Positions 36,120-49,915 are shown, numbered from the whole stretch's first letter. The stretch is 63,824 nt of DNA, filler included, from Nemertoderma westbladi (GCA_032718475.1; 3 parts of 3 records of this genome joined end to end with filler, not necessarily neighbours in it), one strand, 5' to 3'. Made by a program: numbers and translations. Notes: generated by a model from the sequence alone, not told the origin.

Positions 36120-36700
36120 AGCGAATTCAAATGATGGTATGCACTTTCAAACATAGCTGCAGATGAGGCCTGAAGTGAGCCATAAATGATAATGGTAAAT
36201 GAGACAAAGCATGTAGTGACAAAGATTGTGAAGCTTCACCAAAAGAGCCGGGGATAGATATTCTAAAAAAGTTAATCAAAACTTTAGAGTCATCAATATC
36301 GGCCTGACTAACTGAAACATTCAGCAGTAATCGCAAGATTGTAAGACATCTACTGTATAACAAGTAAAAATAATAAGTAAACTTGGTAATGGATATTTTC
36401 AACGGCTTTTTGGCATAGATCCAATATGTTTGGTTTTTCAAGCCCGCGATACAAGCTAAGCAAACTAGCAGCTAGTAGCAAATTATCATATTTTCAGCGG
36501 AGATACAATGGTAAGTTCATTACACATGCCATAACGGGCCACAAGCAGAATCCTTTCGACTTGTGCACTGGAACTACATCGTCTGTATGAATTGATATCA
36601 TTACGTCATACTTTTCTTTAACACCAGATTCAATCAAATTAGTAGATGGAATCCTTAATGTATAATTCTCCGCAGAATCAACATATAGAACACTAGACCT
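36120..36700 (-). mobile_element. CACTA/EnSpm-type transposase remnant, internally deleted
   Basis: ISIHTDDVVPVHKSKGFCLWPVMACVMNLPLYLR matches the TDG..FKS..SLWP...NLP..R motif; further on SLHALSHLP and YGSLQASSAAMFESAYHHL. Confidence 0.75.
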
Positions 36701-37117
36701 AGGGTGCATGTATACTATGTAATGCGCAATAATTTTTATTGTCCGTTTAAATCCTTTTTTTGTCCTTTTTTTTTACTTTTTATGTCCTCCAGAAATCTAC
36801 CGTTAGGTTCCATGCTACCGGTTTCTCTACTGCTGTTCTCTCAGGCTATCAGTACCGGTATCAGTTTTTTTTTGACTTTTTATGTCCTCCAGAAATTTAC
36901 CGTTAGGTTCCATCCTACCGGTTTCTCTGCTGCTGTTCTCTCAGGCTATCAGTACCGGTATTAGTATATAGAGCACTATTTTGAAGTATTGCATGTACAG
37001 ATATGTAGGTATATAAAGCAGGTATTTTAGTACCGGTACCAGCACCGGTACTGCTGTGTAGGCCTACTGTGTAGCCTACCATTTAAATACGGTACTGGTA
37101 GCGCCTACCGGCTGACC

Positions 37118-38390
37118 GGTTGTTTTGGTTAGAAAATCCCGCCTCGGTAACCTGCTCCTTTCCCTGAATTGGTAAAGTGACCGTTTATTGTTTTGGTTAG
37201 AAAGGCCCGCCTCTGTAACCTGTTCCTTTCCTTCATTTAGTAAAGTTACAGTTTATTGTTTTGGTTAGAAAGGCCCGCCTCTGTAACCTGTTCCTTTCCT
37301 TCATTTAGTAAAGTTACTGTTTATTGTTTTGGTTAGAAAATCCCGCCTCGGTAACATGCTCCTTTCCCTGATTTGGTAAAGTTACCGTTTATTGTTTTGG
37401 TTAGAAAGGCCCGCCTCTGTAACCTGCTCCTTTCCTTCATTTAGTAAAATGACTGTTTATTGTTTTGGTTAGAAAATCCCGCCTCTGTAACCTGCTCCTT
37501 TCCCTGATTTGGTAAAGTAACCGTTTATTGTTTTGGTTAGAGAGGCCCGCCTCTGTAACCTGCTCCTTTCCTTCATTTAGTAAAGTGACTGTTTGTTTTG
37601 GTTAGAAAATCCCGCCTCTGTAACCTGCCCCTTTCCTTCAATTAGTTAAATGATCGTTTATTGTTTTGGTTAGAAAATTCCGCCTCTGTAACCTGTCCCT
37701 TTCCCTCAATTAGTTAAATGATCGTTTATTGTTTTGGTTAGAAAATCCCGCCTCTGTAACCTGCTCCTTTCCCTCAATTAGTTAAGTGATCGTTTATTGT
37801 TTTGGTTAGAAAATTCCGCCTCTGTAACCTGCTCCTTTCCCTCAATTAGTTATCTGATCGTTTATTGTTTTGGTTAGAAAATCCCGCCTCTGTAACCTGC
37901 TCCTTTCCCTCAATTAGTTAAGTGATCGTTTATTGTTTTGGTTAGAAAATCCCGCCTCTGTAACCTGCTCCTTTCCCTCAATTAGTTAAGTGATCGTTTA
38001 TTGTTTTGGTTAGAAAATCCCGTCACTGTAACCTGCTCCTTTCCCTGATTTGGTAAAGTGACTGTTTGTTTTGGTTAGAAAAACCCGCCTATGTAACCTG
38101 CTCCCTTATCTCAATTGGTAATGTTATCGTTTATTGTTTTGGTTAGAAAATCCCGTCTCTGTAACCTGCTCCTTTCCCTGATTTGGTAAAGTGACTGCTT
38201 ATTGTTTTGGTTAGAAAATCCCGCCTCTGTAACCCGCTCCTTTCCCTCAATTAGTTAAATAATCGTTTACTGTTTTGGTTAGAAAGGCCCGCCTCCGTAA
38301 CCTGCTCCTTTCCTTCATTTGGTAAAGTGACTGTTTATTGTTTTGGTTAGAAAATCCGGCCTTAACCTGCTCCTTTCCATCAATTGGTAA
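37118..38390. repeat. 68-bp tandem satellite (~19 units)
   Basis: Unit TTTATTGTTTTGGTTAGAAAATCCCGCCTCTGTAACCTGCTCCTTTCCCTCAATTAGTTAAGTGATCG; period 68 between 37861 and 37929. Confidence 0.95.
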
Positions 38391-39504
38391 TTGTATTTGG
38401 CTATAAAATGAGTGTTTTGCTACGTCATGTGGTAATCGATTATCGACAACAACCACAAACTATTAAATTTAGAATCTTTTACCACAGGCGCATATGGAAA
38501 TCTATCGCATAGTCTATATATCATGGAATCATGGAATGTTTTGGTACAGGCATAGTGAAACCCACTGTCCGACAGACTAGAAATCAACAAATTTTGAATG
38601 TTTTGGCATAGGGATGTTGAAATCAACTGTCTGACAGTCCAGAAATCAGCAGTCTGACAGTTTGAAGAAATACATACATAAAAAGTCATTAAAAGGACAA
38701 CAAAGGTCATTAAAGGGACAACAAAAGTCATTATGCACAATTCGTAAAAAAAGGAGGACAAAACAAGTCAAATAAAAGGACATAAAAAATCACTGCCATA
38801 CTAATGCCAGTATCTGATCCGTAAGTTCTAAATTAAAATATGTGCCTGTGCTAGATTTGGTACCCTGTTGAGATGTTATCTCACAACAGTCAGAATCCGT
38901 CAGTCAGAATGCCGGTAGGCAGTAGGTCCACAATGCACAATGGTGAAATGGTAAAATAAATTTTAACAATGCGAAATGAAAAAGCGAAGTGAGCGAAATG
39001 TTTCATCGATATCCTATCACATTACTGCATTATACCGGTACCGGTTGTTCTGTACAGCAGTTTAGTTTACTTACATACATGAAAACAGTATTCTGGCATC
39101 TGCAGATCTGGTTTTAAGGTATTAGGCCTGTCTGACTGTATTAGCCACACCTGTCTACAATCTGACAATTGAATGTAACAGCCAACAGGCAAACTTTTAA
39201 AGGTTAAATACAAATTACTTAGTAAATTTGTCCATCTATTACACTATCTAAAATTTTAATAAATCATTGCATCAGCTCTTTTCAATATTGTGAAGTAAAT
39301 TGAATTTTTGCAATAATGAAACATTTTGTTAAGTACTTATTAAAATTTATTAGTATGAAATAAGTGTTGACCAATTTAGTAATTTTGTTGAAGTAGCTTA
39401 CGTGCTGCTACCTATGATAAGTAACTGGACAGTTTTGACAAATTAGCAAGGTTTTATTAATAGGGCAGTAGGGCATATTGACTTATTCCCATGCGCGTTG
39501 AGGG

Positions 39505-39987
39505 GTGCGGCAGCTGTAGTACCAGTACTTTTATATTGTTGTCCATGCTGGGCGCTAAATGCAGAAGATACCAAATCTCTGGATGGCACATTCGCAAGAA
39601 TAATGCGCCGGGTTCATTGTTTCAAGTACAATGCACACATCTCCAACCAGAAACTATATAACATTGGAGGTGTCTCATTGGTTCCCCCAAGCTTGACACT
39701 AGAACAAAGCCGCTTCCGCTTTGCAGGACATTGCTCTCGCCGTGAGGACCAGCCCGTGCATAATCTTTAACTATGGCAGCCTCATGGAGTGAATAAAACA
39801 GCCCATTCTTGAGACGCATCTTAAAGGACACTGGCCTTTAAGATGCGGATGATCTAGCAAATGTCATGAGTGATAGGGAATTGTGGCGGCGCAATTTTGT
39901 CGACAAGCCGGTACAGCATTCTTAATATATATTTAATAGATATATATAATGCAGCTGCAATGCAGCATGCCGATCGTAGTAGTAGTA
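39505..39987 (+). mobile_element. RTE-clade LINE 3' end, copy 2
   Basis: AAVVPVLLY..WALNAEDTKSLDGTF...; 3' end GCAGCATGCCGATCGTAGTAGTAGTA matches copy 1. Confidence 0.92.
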
Positions 39988-41024
39988 AAGGGGTGCGGAA
40001 TAATGATATATGGTGCTTTCTTGTTTTCTTTGTAAAGAGTTGACACTCAGAGGAAAGGAGCTTATCAGTTTAGAAACAAAATCATTCTGGTTGGGTATCC
40101 AAAGGTGACGTTAGCGCTATAGGTTGCTCTCATCTCTTGATGTGCCTTTTGAATGGCTTGGGACCAGAAAGATTGTGGCAATATTATCTGTTTACCCTTT
40201 AGAAGAAGGCCAGCATCTGATAGAAATATTTGCTAGAAGTAAAAGATATCGCGAAATTGTCCGAGGGAGTCATCTTTATCTAGAAACCCTCTCGGAAAGC
40301 ACTTCATCAAATGATTTTTAACATTTCTGGACTCCTTGACTGCGCTACTACACGTGTGAGGAAAAGGGCAAATGCTCCCGGCATACTATATAATAATGAA
40401 ATAATTAAAATATTAATATTAATTTAAAATTAAATAATATTTACAGATTATTACTTGTATAATAATATAAATTATTTTATTTTAAAATATAATTATAATA
40501 ATTATATATTTGAATATTGTAAAATAATTAATGTAAAGACCAACTAAACTACATAACTGTTAAATAAATTTAAAACCGTCATCATTTATAAATTATATAA
40601 ATCTAAAACATCTATAAACGAGAGGATTTGGATCAGCTAAGGAGAACGAAGTAGTAGGCGGAGAATGTCAGTTTCGTTTGAAAATGGCAACTTTTTAAAT
40701 TATCTAACAATTATAAGGTGTAAACTTATAAATAATAAGTAGTTATTTTAAGTAGTATTTTTTGGTGGTTTTTAAGTTTTGTTAAAAGTTTCTGGGACTT
40801 TCAATTGAATATCATATATTATCAATTTCTACTTTGAATGCAATCACATCAGCTGGGGCGTCTATGGTAGAATTCTTGAGACATTTGTTGGAAGTTCAGA
40901 GACTTTGTTGGAAGTTCTGGAACATCTACTAGGTATATATCAACTGGGTCGGTCGTCTTTGGTAAAAATTTCTTGATAAATTAATTGGATGTCACATCTC
41001 CCTGGACGTTCTTTCGATAAATTT

Positions 41025-41705
41025 CTAGGATTTCTACCTGGTATCACGTCCGCTGGGATCTCAGTTGGTAGAATTTCTCGGATTTCTACCGGGTTTCATG
41101 TCAGCTGGGATCTCGGTTGGTAGTATTTATCGGATTTCTACCTGGTATCACGTCCGCTGGGATCTCAGTTGGTAGAATTTCTCGGATTTCTACCGGGTTT
41201 CATGTCAGCTGGGATCTCAGTTGGTAGTATTTATCGGATTTCTACCGGGTTTCATGTCAGCTGGGATCTCAGTTGGTAGTATTTCTCGAATTTCTACCGG
41301 GTTTAATGTCAGCTGGGATCTCAGTTGGTAGTATTTATCGGATTTCTACCGGGTTTCATGTCAGCTGGGATCTCAGTTGGTAGTATTTATCGGATTTCTA
41401 CCGGGTTTCATGTCAGCTGGGATCTCGGTTGGTAGTATTTATCGGATTTCTACCGGGTTTCATGTCAGCAGGGATCTCAGTTGGTAGTATTTCTCAAATT
41501 TCTACCGGGTTTAATGTCAGCTGGGATCTCAGTTGGTAGTATTTATCGGATTTCTACCGGGTTTAATGTCAGCTGGGATCTCAGTTGGTAGTATTTATCG
41601 GATTTCTACCGGGTTTCATGTCAGCTGGGATCTCGGTTGGTAGTATTTATCGGATTTCTACCGGGTTTCATGTCAGCTGGGATCTCAGTTGGTAGTATTT
41701 CTGAG
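41025..41705. repeat. 52-bp minisatellite (~13 units)
   Basis: Unit GGGATCTCAGTTGGTAGTATTTATCGGATTTCTACCGGGTTTCATGTCAGCT; period 52 between 41055 and 41107; degenerate units upstream to ~40845. Confidence 0.93.
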
Positions 41706-41910
41706 ACTTAGGATCGAAGTAACAATTCAGAAGGGGGTCGTAAAGTAAGTCTAATTCTTCCTTCGGTTCCACCGACGCTAAAATACAAAACAATATTTTA
41801 ATTAATTCATATTGTTGAAATCATATGAAACGCTTAGTCGAAAATGCTGATCCATCGAGTTCAACGGCTAACTCCCCCAGCCTCTACACCAGAAATATAT
41901 AGATAAAATA

Positions 41911-43070
41911 GGTGTTCGGACACTTCCCCCCCGGACAGTTCCCCCCCGCTCAAGTAGGACACTTCCCCCCCGGACACTTCCCCCCCAGACACTTCCCCCC
42001 GCGGACACTTCCCCCCCGACTGTTCTTAACTTCGCACATTCGTATTTTTCATTTTGTAAGGTAAACGGACCGCTTGTATCCAGATAAGTTGTATCCAATT
42101 TTCCTTTCGTAGCTCAGAAAGTAATCTTTTGCATCCCGATTTTACATTTTATATCCAAGTTTTATTTATGGGTTTTATCAATGCAATTACATCGTATTGT
42201 TTGCTAATCTTTAAACAATTAATTATATTAGATGACCTATAAATTCCATCCCCGGAATGATATACTGTTTTTATTAACTATAGAATTATAATAATTAATT
42301 GTTTTAATTATAGGTATTATTATGTAATAGTCTTCTTCAAATTGTAGCAGATGGGGATGAATATTATTGTTGCAATCAAAATTATACCTCTCCAGGGTAA
42401 AATCGACATGCGTCGACCTGTATTCTGTGTTTATTACATATTGATATATATATTACTACTATACATACTATATAGATATTATACACACTACATATTAAAT
42501 TTCCTGGTTACTTGCAATATTTTTAATAGGATTTTGTTGAATTATATAATATTGTAGTAATTTATATATTAAATTGGTTAACATTCAATACAGCTCCTAC
42601 TTTAGGCTTAGTCAATTTATTATATGATGATACAAACATGAATTAAATATTTCAAAATGGTCTTAAGTCTTTCACCACGAGCGTTTGGGGGCGGCAGCCT
42701 CCAACAAAAGAAGCGGGGGTTTGGGGGCGGTACCCCCCAATTAAAAGAAATTAAAAGAATTAAAGGAATTAAAAGAAAAACAAACAAAATTTGACTATAA
42801 AAATGTTTCTTTTATAATTTTGAAAAAACTTGTCTAGATACAACTTGTCCTGTAACCATCTTTAACTTTTGTTTATTGCTTTGATGCACCCAGATTAATT
42901 TTAACACTTTAACTGGGGGGGAAGTGTCCGGGGGGGAAGTGTCCGGGGGGGGGGGGGGGAAGTGTCCTACTTGGGTGGGGGGGAGGTGTCCGGGGGGGAA
43001 GTGTCCGGGGGGGGGGAAGTGTCCTACTTGGGTGGGGGGGAGGTGTCCGGGGGGGAAGTGTCCTAGATCC
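41911..43070. mobile_element. non-autonomous TIR element (MULE- or Merlin-like) with GGACACTTCCCCC repeat arms
   Basis: GG...CC termini; inverted arrays at 41918-42020 and 42914-43063; 8-bp TSD ATAAAATA at 41903-10 and 43071-78. Confidence 0.85.
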
Positions 43071-44041
43071 ATAAAATAAAAACGAATGTTATCATTGCAA
43101 ACATCAACAACCCTCACACACCACCTGGTCTGCGAAAACAAGAAGATATTGTAGCCCGATAACCCTCCATATTTAATTGGTACTCATCACCGAGCTTTTC
43201 AAGACAAACTAGAGGCAGAATTTGTCACTCAGAATCAAATCAAATCAAATCAATGAGCTCGTATATTTTTTCCATATTAGTATAACACAATGAGTGCATG
43301 TATTATCAGCTTACTGCACCAGTGAACGTTTATTTGCAAATTGTATGTGTTTTTTAGGGACAGGTAGGTGGTGCATTGATCAATAACAGTAGTTATTATC
43401 GTAAAAGGAGAAGAAGAAAGCAGTAGCTTAGCTAGTTTTGCTCCTTCATTTTCCTTTTCGATGAAGTTTGTTGTGATTATACAGAATAATCAATTGTTTG
43501 GTGACATCTCATGGCCGAAATTATATCCTGCGACTTGTGCGCTTTCTGAGTATTTTAGTTTATAAACGGGGTTGCTAAAAAAAGATAATAATTTTATTAG
43601 GATGTGATGAAGAAAATTACGATGAAGATTAAGATGACAGTTCTCTAGAGTAATATATGCTGGAAGGAAGAACTGAAGAGTGGAACTATTTGAATGATTT
43701 CAGTTCTCTAGAGGCGGATTTACCACTCCTACTTGGGATGCGTGCTTACAAAGGAATATAGAGATAACTTGCTTAGCTTCCAACACAAACTATGTCACAA
43801 TGACAAGAAATGGCACCACCCTAATTCCCAGTTCTATGATTCGACATGTACATCCCGCTGCCATGTAATCCAATATCCTTCACTGGCCCAACTTAACAAG
43901 CTCGTTTGAGCACATATTTTAGTTACTTTTTATTTACTACAATCTTGTATTATCTTAAGTTGTTTTCGCCGTTTGCTATATGTTGCCACTCCCCCAATGG
44001 AGTGTTTTTATAAGAATATAAATCATTTTCACTCAATGTAA

Positions 44042-44524
44042 GGGGTCATCCATAAAAGACGTCCGAGAAAATCCCGAATTTTTGGACCCCCCCCTCCCCC
44101 CTGTCCGCGAATGTCCGGTTTTTGACCCCCCTCCCCTCCCCCCTATTCGGACGTCCGAATTTTAGAAAATAAAACAGAAAACAAATACACGAATTATTGC
44201 TCTACATTGTACAAATAGGGGGGCGACTACTACTGTACAGTGTACAGGTACACCCATCAAGGGTTAGGTTGGCCGTCTCGCCAGATTCTGAAACTTGAAA
44301 CTGAAACGTTTACTTTCACTCCAAATATGCGGGGCCTAGGTGCCCATCCCAAAGTTAAGTTTAGACTACATTTGGCCATATGGGCTGCAAAGTTGACAAT
44401 AAAAAATTTAAAAACAGACGTCCGAATTTTGCTACACCCCCCCCCCCCCTGTCCGTAAATGTCCGGATTTGGAATACCCCCCTCCCCCCCCCCTCTAGCT
44501 CGGACGTCTTTTATGGATGACCCC
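44042..44524. mobile_element. PIF/Harbinger (Tourist-like) MITE
   Basis: Perfect TIR GGGGTCATCCATAAAAGACGTCCGAG, continuing imperfectly; TAA TSD on both sides. Confidence 0.92.
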
Positions 44525-44754
44525 TAATGCAATCATAAATAACGTTGAATTCCATCAGGTTTCCATAGACCGCCACAGCTTTGCAATCATTTTTAATAGC
44601 TCAGATTGTAGCGCCACGCAGGCTGGTTGAAGGAATTCAGTCAAAAAATAGACTTATTGGGCCAGACTATGTTGGAATGAAATATTATTGGGATTTTGGT
44701 TGAGGTTTCAAATTATTATAATATATTTTCATTGGGTACATCTAACAAATTCGT

Positions 44755-44830
44755 CAATGACGTCCAGGAGGGATCGAACTGGTGACCTACATGAAGGGAG
44801 TGTGGAGCTCTAATCATTCAGCTAGCGGGT
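44755..44830 (-). mobile_element. degenerate tRNA-derived SINE head
   Basis: Minus strand A-box-like TAGCTGAATG and B-box-like AGTTCGATCC at tRNA spacing; no complete cloverleaf. Confidence 0.45.
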
Positions 44831-45603
44831 CAAGTAAACCGGGAAATACTACCTGATACCTTGTGTGTCGGCGACTTACGCACTCATGGCAGGGTAGTAT
44901 TTGGGTCAACCTTTTATATGAGTGCTATTGGAATGATCACCATTTCGACCCCACCTGCACGAAACAAGGAACGGAACGTTATGGTTTAATTGCTAAACTT
45001 ACATTGACTGGAGGTTGTGGCGGCGGTAGTCGAGCTATTATTTGAGAATCGTTCGCTAAGTCGCACGATTGGTGGGCTGATTACTGATCCCCAATCACGA
45101 GGGTTTGTTTGGTTAAAGGTTTGAAACATTTCATCTTCGTATTGATTCGATTTTCTGATTGGTGGGGCCTATAAAGAAGTCAAAACCTTAAGTAAGTAAG
45201 TAAGTATGGTGCCTGGAACATAAAAATATACACGTTGTGGGGTCTTCGAGCAGCACGTGTTCAAATGTTCAATGACTGAGCAGCGACTAATTAACACATT
45301 TATGAGAGATTCATTGACCAGCTACAGACAGACCAATATTGTGACATATATTTTAGTTTAATGTTTGATTCAATTAAAGGCACAAATTAAAAAGGCTACA
45401 AATATATAGGGTTGAATAATTAAATTAGTCACCCATTAAAAGGTAGCCAAATATAAGTTGCAATCTATGAAATAGTTGAAATATGTTGAAATAGCGTTCA
45501 TTAATTTAATTTATATTTAATTATTCAGGCATGCTAATACCCACATTAAATTAGTTCGTGTGTGTTAAATGTGTAAGATTTGATTGTTTCGGCACGAACC
45601 CAT

Positions 45604-46000
45604 TAGGGCACAGAAACTGACGGATTCTTCGCGAATTTCGCGCAAACGTCGCGAATTTCGCAAACGTCGCAAACATCGCGAATTTATTCTACAATTTTGA
45701 CTCTTTAAGCAAAAGGGTCCCTTTATTTTTTTGTGATTTTGAGTGCTTTTTTTATATATAATGTATATGTATAATGTATAATGCTAGTATTTTTTACTAG
45801 CTAGTAATTTTTGCAAATTATTTTGGTCATTAATATATTCTTCAACAGTTTAACCTGAAATATCATGGACTTTCACATTTTTTATAATTTCTAAAAATAC
45901 CAGCTATCAAAAAAACACTACCGGTAGCTATCACAAAAAACACATCTACTAATGTTCTAGAACTTTCACCAATACCAAAAAAATTTAAAAACTCTAAAAA
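45604..46000 (+). mobile_element. left end of a relative of the 13112-14908 element
   Basis: TAGGGCA terminus followed by CGCAAACGTCGCGA motifs and an AT-rich spacer; right TIR not found, so the end coordinate is approximate. Confidence 0.5.
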
Positions 46001-46299
46001 AGGATTGGTGAAAAATGGCTGGGGTGTCGACAGGGCGAAGTAGGGACCGTGTTGCTTAACCCCTTAGAGCCTATGACGTCCAGTGCATGTCACAATGGAC
46101 AACACTAAGACGTGCAGTGAACGTCATGCTGGAATACATGTTTTATTGGAAGGCTCTTGGTCTAGGTATACTGGTGGACAGTATTAAAGACATTTAGTGC
46201 TCTTCATGGGAAAAAATCCATTCTGTACTGTAGATAGGCTGTATTGTAGACTGTATTATCAATGTTAGGTATATGGCGTAATGCCAACCACAGTACAGT

Positions 46300-46697
46300 A
46301 GTACAGACTGACAGTAAGACCGACAGACAGACAGATTAGATTTATTAAACGTGAAAACTGACATCTGAAATGAAATCAGCACCCATTAAAACCCCCATAA
46401 CGAGAATGTTAGTTAGTTTGTATTCTTTTTTAAGTTTTGACAGACTGACTGACTGACAGAAAGACCGATAGACCGACAAATAGACAGACTAGATTTATGT
46501 AAACCTGAAAACTGACATCAGAAATGAAATCAGCACCCCTTAAAACCCCCATAGCGGGAATGTTGGTTAGTTAGTATACTTTTTTAAGTTTTGACCGACT
46601 GACTGACAGAAAGACCGACAGCCAGACAGACTAGATTTATTAAACGTGAAAACTGAGATCTGAAATGAAATCAGCACCCATTAAAACCCCCATAACG
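46300..46697. repeat. three ~150-bp units with GACA microsatellite (Helentron/HINE-like core repeats)
   Basis: GACAGA...AGATTTA..AAACGTGAAAACTGACATCTGAAATGAAATCAGCACCC.TTAAAACCCCCATA occurs three times. Confidence 0.7.
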
Positions 46698-46699
46698 GT

Positions 46700-47290
46700 G
46701 GATCCCAAATATTGAGGACCAAAGAAACGCATCCCATAGAGAAACTCTTTCTTCATATCTCGGACGGGATAAGACACGTGAAAAGTTCGACTCAGCTACT
46801 ATTGGCATTCTTGGTCAAGAGATGTGGACCAATTCATTCAGAACTGTGACGTGTGTCATCTATCTAGTGTAGCTAAACCGAAATCAAACCATGTGCTTAA
46901 TTCAATCGAAGTTAAGAGCGAAACTTTTGGTCTCGAATTGTAATCGATTTAATAGGGCCACTCCAGTTGACCCTGTGCTACCCTTCATAAAGTGGCCTGA
47001 AGCAAAGAAAAGACTACACAGGCGTTGCGGAATTTCAGTACGAATTGTTGACTCGCTACGGGGTGGCGAAGATCGTGATGTCAGATCAGAGAGTGAGTTC
47101 GTGGCAGAAGTTAATGAGCAGCTATTTTACAGGTGCCATAATATCTTGATACCATGGTACCATAGTAGTTCATACGATTTCGTCCGCCTACCACCCACAA
47201 ACCAATACGGTCTCGACAAACGGTTTAACCAAACAATTAAATAAGCATTCTTGAAATACGTGAATGACAACCACGATAATTGGGAAGTTT
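46700..47290 (+). mobile_element. degenerate Gypsy/Ginger (GIN-like) integrase fragment
   Basis: Across frameshifts: LGRDKT, YYW...DVDQFIQNCDVC (HHCC finger), SDQ..EFVAEVN, GLDKRFNQTIK and KYVNDNHDNWE. Confidence 0.75.
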
Positions 47291-47451
47291 CATGTAATTA
47301 CAAACAAATTAATAAATAATTATTTTAAAGTAACAATTAACACAGAATCTAACTTAATAACAATTACCTCTTTCTACAGAAGCATAACAGCAGTATTATC
47401 TCTCATCTCAGCAGTTTTTAAACATATTTAAGTACCGGTAGTTATTTTAAG

Positions 47452-48172
47452 ATGGGAGATCAGCCTGAGCCTTGCAGAAAACAATCTTCACTGAAGCGAC
47501 ATCTCCCTTGTGGATCAGATAGTGAGAGCGACAACGACAACGATTTCCCCGGTGGTGATATCGAAGATGAAGTTATTGGGGATTGAGTTATTGAGATTGG
47601 GGACCGCTCACTTCATTGAAGGTGTTGAGGCACCTGGATATCAATTAAACTACTTGAATCTAGGTTTGTTAGAAAGAATTCTGACTAACAGTCCCTATCT
47701 AATAAAATTGGTACTCCGCCTTTGCGTGACTGGATCTGAAAATATTCGACCTGTTGCTGTTAATAACAATAGCCCGTGGAGAAAAGCCAACCCCGAGCTC
47801 TCGGTTCATATGCTGTTCGACTTCGGGACAGTTGAACTCCATTCGCTGATTCGCTTGATAAAAGGACGACCTCCTCTGACAAAGTTCGAATTATTTGCAG
47901 CTTGGATGGAAACAGTCGACGGCTTATCTATACTATTCCGCTATCTAGGGAATGACATGAGCCACTGTCTGAAAGAGTTGGTAATGGAGTGCGGACAGGA
48001 TGAAGAAATACGTGTTGACTTCGTTTCGATGGTAAGAGATTGTAAGAAGCTGGAAAGCATCACAATTACGGACATGTCTCTCAAAACGGAAGTTGTAACT
48101 GATATCTGTGAGCTGAAGTTCCAGCAACTAATTATTCTGAAGATACTGGAGCTGAATATCTTGGAGGGTTAA
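47452..48172 (+). pseudogene. probable F-box/LRR-type pseudogene (acidic N-terminus joined out of frame to an LRR-like C-terminus)
   Basis: Acceptor-like TTTCTACAG at 47371-79. ATG at 47452 reads MGDQPEPCRKQSSLKRHLPCGSDSESDNDNDFPGGDIEDEVIGD*. Another frame then gives ~195 aa with LRR-like motifs (SPYLIKLVL, HCLKELVM, VRDCKKLESITI). Confidence 0.5.
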
Positions 48173-49021
48173 ATACAAGACGCTCACTAAATCACGCTCG
48201 CCGATTACCTAATAATTATTAATCGTGTTAATATATTGTATATTCTTACTTTATTGGATATATTTATTAATAATATAACAAGTAACAATAAATAGAGTCC
48301 CATAATATTTTAATTTTTATGCATCCACCCCCCCCCCCCCCCCCCCCCCCTCCTTCCATCACTGTTATTTTCTTCCGATTGTGCAAGACAATCATATTAA
48401 GATGACCTTGATGGTAGCTACTTGTTTATAAAACACTCCGGTTCGAGAAACTCATTCAATTAACAAGGTAACTATTTCGTATCGTGAATAAAATAAAAAT
48501 ATTATGTTCTAGAACATATAGAGCTAGTTTTTCAAATTTTAAAATGTTTGTATACTGATGTAACTTATTAGTTTATTTATCCATTGGGTATTGGCTTTTG
48601 TTGTCCTTTAAAATCTCATGAAATCCGTTTATTTTTTCTTTTCTTATCTGTCGCCTCCACATGTGTTTTGTCAGTTTTTCGGAGAATTAATCTTCATAGT
48701 TAATGCCCTCCCCACACAAAGCTCTGGCGTCGTATATTTTCCTTATTTTTCTCCGTGCCTGTCTTTTAATTGCCATAATTTGACTTTTGTGCATTTCGCA
48801 ACCCAAAATTTTTTTATAATTTTTTTACTTACTAGCAATTTTAAATTTTAAAAATAATTAGCTATATGTTCTAGAACATTATATTTTTTATTTATTTATG
48901 TTTTAAAATAATGTATAATAATATTTATATGTTGTTCTAGAACTCCACAATGTTACCATGGCAACAATGATTTATGTTATAAAAATGTAGTGCTATACGG
49001 AACTGTTACCCTAATTATGTA

Positions 49022-49915
49022 CACCATTTCACAGAATATAGTGTCGTAATTCAGTGACACCCCCCCTAATTTTTCTACAAAGCGTAATGAGATTGCATGA
49101 AATTTGAAACAGAGATAGTTTCACCTCCCGACCACTGACTGGGTGAGCCAGAATTTTTATTTTTGTTTTCAATCTTTAGCTACAAGCGTTTAAAAAAAGT
49201 GTCTCCAGCGATATTACACCAGTTACACCGCAGTTATTCTTCTATCTTATAGCTGTTTGTTGGTACCAATGGAAAGCTGGCCCTGCAAGGATTTCAAATA
49301 TGTAAAAATATTTGAGTTTCGTTGAAAAATAGCTAAGATATGAGCGTTCAAATGTTGCATGGTTTTACAACGACGCGAGGCTATTTTATTCTATTTAATA
49401 AATAAACCATATTCTGGAACATTTTTTAAATGTATGAATAGCTACTTAATAGTATGATTAAAGATGTAATGCATTGTTGCCCAGCTACGTATTTGGATAA
49501 ACAAAATATTCCAGATTATGATGTATTTATTAAATAGAATAAAATAGCCTCGCGCCGGTGCAAAATCAGGCAACATTCGAACGCCCATATCTCCGCTATT
49601 TTCCAACGAAATTCAAATTTTGTTACATATTTGAAATCCTTTCAGGGCCAGCTTTCCATTGGTACCAACAAACAACTATAAGGTAGAAGAATAACTGCGG
49701 TGTAACTGGTGTAATATCGCTGGAGACACTTTTTTTAAACGCTCGTAGCTAAAGATTGAAAGCAAAAATAAAAATTCTGACTCACCCAGTCAGTGGTCGG
49801 GAGGTGAAATTATCTCTGTTTCAAATTTCATGCAATCTCATTAAGATTTGTAGAAAAATTAGGGGGGGGGGGGGGCGTGTCACTGAATTACGACACTATA
49901 TTCTGTGAAATGGTG
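49022..49915. mobile_element. Tc1/mariner-type foldback MITE with ~400-bp TIRs
   Basis: CACCATTTCACAGAATATAGTGTCG...CGACACTATATTCTGTGAAATGGTG with TA TSD; arms stay complementary up to a ~90-bp loop. Confidence 0.92.

Noticed and set aside
40030-40390. Minus-strand PIALTS motif suggesting an old LINE RT
   Set aside because: Too many stops and frameshifts to support a call from one motif.
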